Positions 53,301 to 64,000 of a DNA stretch of 64,000 nt are shown in pieces; the first letter of the stretch is position 1, and each line of letters begins with the position of its first letter. The notes beneath the pieces are model-generated. The model was not told the DNA's origin, made no database searches, and saw only the letters and a program-made list of their open reading frames with translations. The translations under genes were made by a program, and so were the position numbers. This stretch comes from Octopus vulgaris (lineage: Eukaryota), in assembly GCA_951406725.2 (NCBI GenBank), contig OX597823.1, positions 66,340,001 through 66,404,000 of the forward strand, in the 5' to 3' direction.

Positions 53301-54311
53301 GATGTAACCTTCACATCTGCTTATTGCTTCTGATTGGTTCAGACTATTATTTTTGCTAACACTCACTTAAAATGGATAATTTTTTCTTAGAATCACTTTT
53401 GTTACATTTCTTGTTCAGAAACAACGCATTTTCTTTAGAAGGTCATGTTGACATTTTCAAGGATTAACACATAACCTTTGGTAGATTCAATCTTCAGATG
53501 TTAGTTTTTGACAGAATATTAATACCTATTCTATCATCGTTTCTGACATGATGGTCGCTATGAAAGTAAAAACGTTATATCACTTAAATACTTCCAATGT
53601 CAAACATAATCAATTTTTTAAAGATAGACGACCGGCAGCGAAATAGGAAAAAGAATAAAATATAACTTAAACAGATTCTGTTTATTGACTGTTGTTTATA
53701 TAATCAGTTATTCAACTGTAGAAGGTGAAAGCTAAAATTGGGTTCACCTGGATATGTAGTGAGGAGGTTAATTAAAATAACGAAAATCTGAAAGGTATTT
53801 TGTGGCATCATTCTATTATCAAGTATGTGAACATACCCTCACACACCGTACGTATATAATTGTGAGTGTGCATGTATATATCACACACACACACACACAC
53901 ACACACGCACGCACGCATATATATGGATAGTTATCTTTTGTCAAATAAACACAAAATTTATTTGATCTTCATTTCAGTTTACTTAGTATTGTGTTTTTAG
54001 TGAATTTGTCCGTCAAAATTTTTCATCACACATTCTGTGACTTCTTCAACCACTCTCTATCCCATGTGCCCTGCCTATTCTAAATGGAATATGTGATGAG
54101 AAAATGCGACGATAAGTGTGCTAAAAAATTAATGATAAAACTAAACTGAAGATCCAATAAATAGTGTATGTGTTTAATTTCCAAATGATGACAATCCCCA
54201 AATATAACAATAACTGCTTCAATACATGATTTCACATCAAGAATCTTTCAAAAAATTCATTTATAACATATTTATACAGAAGTGGGAGCAACATCTTGCA
54301 AAAAGTTCACA

Positions 54312-54348
<37 letters not shown>

Positions 54349-54359
54349 ACACGCACATA

Positions 54360-54402
<43 letters not shown>

Positions 54403-54983
54403 ACATATTCTTGTATATTAATCAACTGAATAATTTCGGTTTTTGTTCTCTCTCTATTTATTTGTATACATGTATGCATGTATATATATATGTATACATA
54501 CATACATACATGCATATATATATGTATATTTATATATATGCATGTATGTATGTATACATATATATATATGTATGTATGTATATATATGTATGAATGTTGC
54601 ATATCTAACCCAAGCAGCTTTCTTTGTCTATTTGCATGATTTTTCCATATTTCCTAACCCTGCTATAGTCAATTGTAACCTGCGGACTTGGTCCCCGGTA
54701 AAAGTTATTTGAGACTAAGTTCAAATCATTTGAGAGGCTATTAAGTCTTTTCTGTATTGATAATATCTGCGTTTCGTCTGTTGACTTTATGTATGTGTGA
54801 ATGTCTGCAAATATATAAATGCAGGTATAAAAAGACTAAACTATAAACTGGTATTTGTAAATCTTCAGTTTATTTAAATCATATCTATACAGAAGTTGTT
54901 GCAATATATATATAGACATAGAAGGAAAGCAAGAAAATATAGAAGGAGAAGGGTCATACTGAATCGATGCAAATGAGTACAAA

Positions 54984-55382
54984 TCTTTATATATAAAGCT
55001 GAAACTGTCTGTGTGTGGCAGGCTTGGTAGCCTTCAACTAACACTATCTCCTCCGAGACCCTGCGGCGGAAGTTGACCAAAATTAAGAGTATGATAGTAG
55101 AAGGCTTGCTCTTCATTCTGTAGAAGAAAAACTTCAAATCGGACCATGTTAAGACCAAAAAGTATTTGCGTCAAAAACGTGTGTTTTTTTTTCTATGAAA
55201 ATCCCTATATTTTACGATTTTTTGACTGCTGTGTCGCCATTTCTCGATGTATTTCAACCAGAAGAATGTTTACTTAAAGAGAATAACAAGCTACGTAATG
55301 CAAAAGTTTTACATTTCAAAAATATCAATTCTAAAGGGTTGACAAGAAAACAAACCCGAGCAACGTCAGGCTATAGTGCTAG
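54984..55382 (+). mobile_element. Non-autonomous Helitron-like element
   Basis: Starts A|TCtttatatataaag...ctgtctgtgtgt. Ends with a subterminal GC-rich hairpin-like cccgagcaacgtcaggc and CTAG|T. Inserted between A and T with no TSD. Confidence 0.8.
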
Positions 55383-55705
55383 TACAGGAAAATTACATAA
55401 TAATGTCGTTTATGAGATTGAAAAGAATTTGAGTGGCCATTCTCATGATAATGGAATGGAGAGGTAGAATCCATGTGATCACTGGTGAAAATGTCACAAG
55501 CGTTGGATAGTAGGTATATGTATGTAGTGACTTACAACTATTAGGGGAAAGGGTAGGCCCGTATTAGAAGTAGATCTCTGCATCATCATTCCTGTATAAC
55601 ACACATGATATATTGGTATTTATATGTACATAGCAATGCGCGGGTGCACTCAAACACACACACCCACGCGCGCACACTCACATGTATACACCTGCACAAA
55701 TATAA

Positions 55706-55772
55706 ACTAAAGCCTTGTGAGTGGATTTGGTAGACGGATACTGAAAGAAGCCCGTCATATATATGTATGTGC

Positions 55773-55815
<43 letters not shown>

Positions 55816-56030
55816 TGTGTCTGTGTTTGTCCCCCCAACATCACCTGACAACCGATGCTGGTGTGTTTACGTCGCCGTAAACTAGCGGTTCGGCAAAAGA
55901 GGGCGATAGAATAAGTACTAGGCTTACAAAGAATAAGTCCTGGGGTCGATTTCCTCGACTAAATGCGGTACTACAGCATGGCCACTGTCAAATGACTGAA
56001 ACAAGTAAAAGAGTAAAATAGTAAAGAGTA
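55706..56030 (+). mobile_element. 5'-truncated SINE family A
   Basis: aagccttgtgagtggatttggtagacgg...(TG)n...gactgaaacaagtaaaagagtaaaa. Confidence 0.9.
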
Positions 56031-56769
56031 TACACATTAGCTCTGAAATATCTGAGGTACAAAGCAGTGCTTATTGTATGGTAGTGCTCCTTCTTTTAGT
56101 GGAAACGGCTGCGAGGTAATGAATTAATATAATTACATAAATTAATAATTATATAACCATTTAATATATCGATAACTCTATAAAATATATCGTTAAAAAT
56201 AATGGGTTATTAATTAAATACATTACGGTACTTTGTATTTTATTCTTATTATTCTTATTATCTGAATACGTGTATGTATGTGTTGATATGCGTGTGTGTG
56301 TGTCTCTTTGTGAGTGTGTGTTTATGCCCGTGTGTGTATGTGTGTGTGTATTCTGTTTAAATGAGTCTTCAAAGACTGAAATTTATACATTTTTACATGA
56401 AAGGATTTTCAGAGGAAATTTGCGTGTGCGTGCATGCGCGTTCGTGTGTGTGTGCGTGTGTGTTTGCTTGTGTGAGTGTGTGTGAGCGCGCATGCATGAA
56501 TTTAATGTTAATTGGTTAAAAAGTACTGGTGATAGTAAATAGCGCTGCATTCAATAGGTAACACCTTAAACATATGTGAATAAAGAAACAAGATGAAAAA
56601 AAATACATTTATACAAGACTCAGTTCTCAAGGGAAATTCAGGTTGGGGAGGATAGCGTTAAGTTATCCATCCATGTAAACAGGCATTCAGTGATTTTTTT
56701 TCAAAATATATTGGGTGACACAAAGGAAGAACAGCAATAATAGAAGCCGCAGCCACTGCAGCCACCGCA

Positions 56770-56799
56770 GTGGTAGCAGCAGCAGTAGAAGCAGCAGTG

Positions 56800-56881
<82 letters not shown>

Positions 56882-56907
56882 CAGCAGCAGTAGCAGTAGT
56901 AGTAGTT

Positions 56908-56956
<49 letters not shown>

Positions 56957-56962
56957 CAGTAG
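56770..56962. repeat. (TAG)n/(CAG)n microsatellite
   Basis: Read directly; explains the poly-S and poly-V ORFs. Confidence 0.95.
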
Positions 56963-58199
56963 TTTTTCTTATTGAATCATGGGATGTCTGTTGTGATTAT
57001 CTAAACCTACGTCTTCAAGATCACCTGGCAGATGTGTTAAAACTGTATTTGAACTCCTTACGTTTGCATATAATCCAGGTGGCAAGCTGCAGCTGTTCTT
57101 TCCATCCACTGGATACCATCTTCTGCATCACTGAGACTTGAACAACTGATAATATTTTCCTAAAATTTAATAGCAATAACAATAACCATGTTTGTCAAAT
57201 CTTCCCCCCTTACGAGCAACTTCGCTGATGAAAAGCATGGCCACCCCTGCACTTAGGTAGTTTTAAATACATATAAGACTTTATTATATAAATTTCCCTT
57301 CCTCTACACAGGTAGACGGTTGTAGTGTTAAAGTACTCTCCCTGATATTTCTAGACTGTTGGGTTACTCGCTAGACGTACAATTCTTTGTAAAGTATGAA
57401 GGTGGCCAGAAAGTTGCAAATTCTAAATCAAACTATTATTTTGCTTCAAATACAAAAACCTATTATTGAAAGATTTTTGTAATTTGAATTAAGTTCATTT
57501 GCTGCGTATATTTTGAAAATTTTTGATGACTACCACTGGCGAATTAGTAATAGCCCTGAACAACACTTTATATTCATGCGATTGTATTTGTCTAAGTATA
57601 CTTTTTAATAATCTTTTAGGACTTATTGAATTCTTAGTATAAACCAAATTCCGGTGTCGGATGTAGTCGAGACGGGTTCACTAGAATTAATCTTACAGCA
57701 TCAGCAAAGAGTTTGGATGCTGTGTTTTAGAAATACTTTATGCATTACATGTGCTGTTGTGAATTTATCCATGTATGTATTTGATTTACAGGTGTATGCA
57801 TGTGTATATATATATGTACATAAGCGTATGCGTATGTGTGTTTATGTGTGTGTGGTTTAAGTATAACAGGTAATAGATAAGTAATTTATCCACTCTCGCT
57901 TGAGCTCCTGGATTATGCATGAAATGCCAAATAGCATTTAAAATGCCCATGGCTTCTGTGCCACTTGAAATGTAGGTTCACATAGTATATCCGCGATGAT
58001 GAATGAAGATGAAAATATATAAGGTTTATGTTATACTGAAATACTCAGAAGCCATTTTAATAAAACTAAAATCACTAACATTCTGTAGATCCAAAATGAT
58101 AAAGATCTAAGCAAAACTATGAATTCTAAATTCGCTGGCAGTCAAATAGGCAAATTATCGCTGACAGTCAAATAGGCAAGTTATCGACCACATCTCAAT

Positions 58200-58578
58200 A
58201 TCTTTTACTTGTTTCAGTGACTGGTCTTGCCGGGCAGCATCTAGAAAATATTTAGTCGAACGAATCAACCACAGCGTTTAAATTTTAAAGGATTATTCTA
58301 TCGGGTTCTTTTACCAAACTGCTAAGTTACGGATATATCAACAAACCAACTCTGTTTGTCAGGTGGTGGTGGTGGTGGCGGTGTGACCACAGAGACATAC
58401 ACACATAAATATATACGTACGACAGGATTCTTTCAGTTTCTTTCTACCAAATCAATTTAAGCTAGGGTTGAATCGTGGCTATTGCAGAATGCACTTGTCC
58501 AAGATACCACGTTGCGGGTTTGAATACGGAACCATGTCGTTGGAGAGCAAACTTCGTTCTACGTAACTAAGCCTGCAT
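58200..58578 (-). mobile_element. Old SINE family A copy
   Basis: Collinear degenerate match: ttttacttgtttcagt...gctaagttacgg...ttctttcagtttc...cacttgtccaagataccacg...ggaaccatgt. Confidence 0.75.
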
Positions 58579-60229
58579 CATGAAATCTCCTTTAAAAGTA
58601 TTTCTTTTGGGAATGTTTGCTTCTTTTGAATCAAGATTTTAAGAGAATCATCAAATCATAGATTACCCGATTGAAAAATTACTGGACAATCAGTTTAGAA
58701 TTTATTGAAAAATTATAGTGGGGTGTTTACTACATGAAAAACATATATTTGCATATTGAGAAACACATTTAGATTTAAGCTAGCACGAAATATTTAAGCA
58801 CCTCAAATTAAACCCTTAATGAGAAAGAAAAAACGGTGATATTAACGTTAATGACAATTCTTTTAAGAAGAATGAAAGAGAGGAGGAGAAAACTGCAAAA
58901 TTTCAACTCTTAACTGCGGTGCTAAATTTCCTTTATAGCTAAAACACTTAACTATCAATAATCCACTACAAGGCTGGATGAAGAATCAGTACTCGGGAAT
59001 TTACGATAGTTAGTTTTTTTTTTTGTTTGTTATTTTGTTTTTCTAGTGTTGATTTACACTTCTGCCCGCAAGAAAATTAATGCTCAATAAACTGACATTA
59101 TGTTATGGTTCGCGTTTAATCTGCTTAATTCAAAACAAATGCAGTGAAATCCAATTCATAGAAAATTGGAAATACGTGTGAGGAAGAACAAATAGCAGAA
59201 CAAATTAAAATCTGCTCCTGTAAGATTTGATTACTCTCGTTAATGATGTCAATCTTGACACTTGCTGCAGTGAAGTATACGGAATGGAATGCAGTTATTT
59301 GCTGCTAATTGGACTGATCCACTGAGATTTAAATATATTAGCCACATGTCCTGTGTAATTGCAATGACAGAATACAAGCTATCGAGGGGCCAGACTAAAG
59401 ACTCACATCATATCCTCTCTATCATGTATGGTTCACTGCGGCTGGAAATAGTTACTCAGTTCCAAGATAATTTGACGTATTCATTAGTGAGTATTGGAAT
59501 AATATCCATTCACAAAAGCGTGCTGACACATTTTCAAACACACATATATAGACACGTGTATTCAAACACAGGGACACTTTTATTCACATATATACGCATA
59601 AATATTCAAGCAAATACACACGCTTCTTCAAAAACATACTAATGCTTCTTTAAATTCATGCACATACCTATTCAAATTCATACACATACACATTAATACC
59701 AACACTAACATCTTAAAAGAACACGTATTTTAATAAATATTTAGTAAATACTTTCGAAGCGGTAAGTGGTAACTTCCTCAGACTAAATACTACAAACATA
59801 AGAACATTTCTATTATATTCTACTGTTCCGCAGAGTTTCTTAATCTAATGTAAAAACACAGATATACCTAACTATGATTAGGCAGATATTATTTGATATT
59901 ATATTACGTTAATTCAGAATATTTCAGATCGTAGGGAGCAATACGTTAGTCACAAATACTGTGTATCCTATAGAAATTGAAATATTGAGACAGTCATGAG
60001 AAGAACAGCAGCAGGGACATCAACGGAATTAGAGAAATTCTTTGCAGTTAAATGTTATGTTCAATTGATCAGACAAGCATTTCTAAATGAACATCTTACT
60101 ATCGTCAAAATATATTCTCTTAACGGACCAAAAGCCTATTCTCTACCTGGTCGATCCATATGTTGCTAAATAGCACAAAATTATACCTCGGGTTTTTCCT
60201 ATCTTAAGATGAAAAGAATGTGTTCGATA

Positions 60230-60620
60230 AATTTGGATGTTGATAAAAACGATCGATAAGATGATTTGCCGTGATAAAGTAATGTATATAGCATTATAGG
60301 CTGTGGCTCCACATCGGTGAAGAGAAAGAGAGAAAATAAAAGTGATGCAACCCTGGATTTATGCACGTAGTTAATAAGACAGACAAGGTGATCACAGCCG
60401 GAATTCCTTTGATCTGTAGATCTTCTCAGTAGTAGTTCATATGCGGCTCGTACAAAACACCTAGTACTAAATACCTTGGACCTATTTACAGGCAATATGT
60501 TCAGTGCTAGAACAACTAATATGTAGATCAAATTCTTTTAAAGTCTTACCGCTGATCTGACTGAAAACAACAGCACAACATGCTGCAAAATTGATATCGA
60601 ATACGTAAATAGAACCTATT
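60230..60620 (+). mobile_element. Possible ancient LINE RT remnant
   Basis: Only weak motifs (LHIGEEKEKIK, KYLGPI) in plausible RT order. Confidence 0.25.
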
Positions 60621-61078
60621 CCTGGCGGTTGCCATGCCCGCGGTAAAGTAGAATGGTTAACAATACTAATCAATAGTCTCATAGATTATTGAGAGATAAA
60701 GATAAGCTTCTCAACGAATCTGACATAAATTAAAATGCCACATTCGAATATATACAACATTATATATATATATGCTAGTGTGTGTATATGTGTATTTATG
60801 TATACACATACATATGTATATATACAAGTATGTATGTTGGTTGTATAAGATTTATATGATTTTATTATGGAGATGAGAATTTTTTCGATCGGCGTAAAAA
60901 GGAAGTAATGTCAATTGGATATAACATCTACAACTACGACATCCATGACAGAAGAATGAAGTAATCCCATTAAAAGTTATGAAGCGAACAAAAAGGATGT
61001 CGATAAACCAGTTATATCATTGTTGGATAAGATATATAAAATATAATAAATCAAAATTTTGACATTTCAGAAGAAATA

Positions 61079-61115
<37 letters not shown>

Positions 61116-62203
61116 ACGCAGATGTATTTGTGCTCATAAAAATATATGTGTATGTGTATATATGTATGTATATATATGTTCATATGTATATATATATATA
61201 CATATATACTTACGTATGTCAAGTTGAGGTTATCGGTAACACATAATCAATTTGAATTTATACTTGTGGGTATATATATGAGTGTGCTTGTGTGTATAAA
61301 CATATATATATATATATATATATATATACGGATATATATATATGTGCGTATGTGTGTGATATACGCATGTATATGAACATGTATATATTAACACCTATAT
61401 AATCATACACACGAAAACTGATATATATTCCTGCCCAAACTGTTTATGGATCTCTATATACATATATGCATCCACACATATTTAGATATGCATACAGTAA
61501 AATATATGTGTGTATGTATATGTATACATATGTGTGTGTATATATATGTGTGTATATATATATATAGGTGAGTATGTGTCCATACAAATTTATGCAATTT
61601 CATGATACACGTTTGCATATGCATATCTTGTCTGTGAGGTTTTCTGATATTAAAACATATGCACCATATATACATACATGCATACATCTATATATATATA
61701 ATACATATATATAGAGTGCTAAACACATAAATATATATAGCATAGTTTCACGTACATTGTATCTCGCACATCTATAGATATATTTTGGATGTCTGACGGG
61801 ACTTAGAATAAAGAAGATTTATACATTGCTAAAGTATATATCATCCCTATCGCTGGAAAAATCTTTTTAAATGAAATATATATAGATCGCTGTCTTAAGC
61901 AAGCGAGATATAAATCTAGCCATAAACAAAGAAATGTATTTCCTCATTTATCTCTTAAACTACCTGTACGTCTAATTCAGTAACATATCCATTCATCATC
62001 ATTGTCAGAGTGCATCACATTGTTTCCCACTTTCTCTCATGTCTGTTTGGGTGTCTGTCTGCCTTTATCTCTGCGTCTCTGTCTCTCTCTATCTCTATCT
62101 CTCGCTCTCTGTTTTTTCTTCATCTTCATATACATGCACACACACACATATATATATATATAAATTTATATATATATATATAATTTAATATATATATATA
62201 TAT

Positions 62204-62253
<50 letters not shown>

Positions 62254-62360
62254 TGACAGACGACTGAAAAGGGAACAGGAAGTTGGATTTACCGTACCTA
62301 ACTACAATATATATATATATATATATTATGTGTACCTATGAATATATTATTGTATATATA

Positions 62361-63472
62361 CTAACATTAAAGACCCGTCGTTGCCGAGTCATAGTACTAG
62401 TGCATGTATATATGTGTATATATATATGTGTACATCTATATATATATACATCTACTCATAAAATACAAAATACAAAGTTATATCTTGATATCCCTAGTGT
62501 ACATCTATATATATATAAGAAGCTTTATGAAAATAAACAAAAGACGAAGGCAGGTTTACGGAAATAAAATACAAAATACAAATTTATATCTTGATATCGC
62601 TAGTGATAACAATACTCAAAATATATAACAGACTGGAATTGTTAGCCCGTCTCCTGTAATTTCGATCAATTGTATCTTGTCCTCCCTCTTGTATAGAAGT
62701 GTGGCTACAATCCAACCTACCTCTACTTCTGGGGTGGGGTGGGGGTTCATTTTAAATTTTTTTCCGGGACATCCTACGTCCCAGATATAAGGGTAAAAAT
62801 AAAATATTTCCACTTTGCAAGTTCGAGTCGGGTACTCACTTGCTTCTATTGTGGGGAATTTACGCCTCTAATTAGATACCTTTCATAGTCGCACCAAGAC
62901 ACTTTTCGAAGGTGCTTTTCTCCAGGTGTTCAAATCTTCTTTTTCTCTACACTATATACTTTATAGACAATAGTTTTTTCTTTAATTTAATTTTTTATTC
63001 TCCATCTGGACTATTCTATTTCTGCACGCTAATTTTATTTTTAATTTATTCCCATTCATGTGAAACCACTTATTCAAGTTCAAATCATTGATGCAATTTT
63101 ATATCAATTGCTATTTTTACTTTTGTTATGTTACGACTATATTATACTTTAGTTTGATTTTAATTATTACTTACTACATATAATTCAATTGTTATTATTA
63201 TTTTTATTGTTAAAGTGAAAGTATCTGACATAAAATAGAGAAATGTTTTTGTTTCACCTTTAACACGCAATACTGAAATAGTTGAGAAGATATGATATTG
63301 CTACGGGCTCGCTCTAGGCAAGAAGTTGGACATTTTTTTTTTGCCCATGAAACTACATGGACCCTAAGTAAGGCATGTGTAAAATTTGAATGGAATTGGT
63401 TGTGTAGTTCTCAAGTTTCAGGGAAACACACAGACAGACAGACACACATTCTCGGTTTTATATATATAAAGA
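62361..63472 (-). mobile_element. Non-autonomous Helitron-like element carrying internal cargo
   Basis: Minus-strand 5' end A|TCtttatatatataaaaccgag...gtctgtctgtctgtgtg. The 3' end ctcggcaacgacggg...tTAG|T parallels the ends of the 54984 element. Confidence 0.65.
62630..63040 (-). pseudogene. Fragment homologous to the ORF1 of the 22019-23835 element
   Basis: EKTIVYKVYS vs EKTLVFRTYS; LQSGNILFLPLYLGRR vs LEGKEILFLPSYCGRK; PEVEVGWIVATL vs PGTEADWIEDTI. Confidence 0.7.
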
Positions 63473-63624
63473 TATATATATATATATTATATTAAATTAG
63501 AGATAAAACCACTATTAGGCAAATCAAACAATGAAAAACATAAGCCAATACATAAAATTAATTTAATTTATATTATTTTAAATATATATCAAAAGTATTA
63601 AAAGTTTATAAAAGATAAAGAGTA

Positions 63625-63722
63625 AAACACTACAATCGTTTCATGGCTGTACAATTCGAATAACAATAATTTAAATTCAATTAATAATTCGAGTTATGGT
63701 TACAGTCAATCTTCAGGTTAAT
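63625..63722 (-). ncRNA. Hammerhead ribozyme motif, sub-family 2, in an AT-rich element next to (TA)n
   Basis: Minus strand: CUGAAGA-uugacugua...(long hairpin)...uacagccau-GAAA-cgauug-UA-guguu. The GAAACGAUUGUA segment is identical to the 47094 motif, but stem I is weak. Confidence 0.65.
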
Positions 63723-64000
63723 TGAAATATCTAAAAAAATAATCAGAAATATTTAAACAATATTTTTAAGATATAAATAATATAGTAATTTTACTTATAA
63801 TAAACTCTATTATCAAACTAGAAACATAAAACTTAACAATTATGATTATGTCAAAATCGGCTATAATGTTAAATATTAATTTTAATTTATAAGGTAGGAA
63901 ACACACCAATAATCTAATATCGGTATTAATCTATATCTAATTACATGAATATTTAAAAATGACTATTATATATAAATTATCAATGAAAATACATACAAAA

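Noticed and set aside
50500-54000. Unique-looking DNA with scattered splice-like sites (e.g. cttacag at ~52792)
   Set aside because: No open, recognisable exon could be assembled
57224-57250. CTGATGA motif and a hAT-like terminus (reverse complement caggggtggcca)
   Set aside because: No downstream GAAA or stems for a hammerhead, and no matching second TIR found

Overview
AT-rich, microsatellite-saturated animal intergenic or intronic DNA. The SINE families and repeat style resemble Octopus/cephalopod genomes as I recall them; this is inference and was not checked. I could not support any host protein-coding exon, and most ORFs in the track are translations of (TA)n, (CA)n, (GATA)n or (TAA)n arrays. 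The window is largely decayed mobile elements. These are: RLE-type (R4/Dong/R2-like) non-LTR retrotransposon remnants sitting in (TAA)n and (TATG)n arrays; Penelope-like (GIY-YIG) remnants; a Gypsy integrase remnant; a Tc1/mariner remnant; CR1- and L1/Tx1-like RT remnants; two non-autonomous Helitron-like elements; and three tRNA-derived SINE families, several copies with clear target-site duplications. The most interesting signals are: (1) at least four minimal type-I hammerhead ribozyme motifs in two sub-families, mostly next to (TA)n tracts, one inside an inverted pseudo-LTR structure; (2) a 1.8-kb ORF1-only zinc-knuckle retroelement, with a diverged homolog of its ORF inside a Helitron-like element; (3) stacked microsatellite-associated RLE retrotransposons in two different array types; (4) a GC-rich mini R2-like RT fragment with a highly structured 3' region; (5) SINEs with shared heads but swapped tails. 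Coordinates of degenerate elements are approximate.
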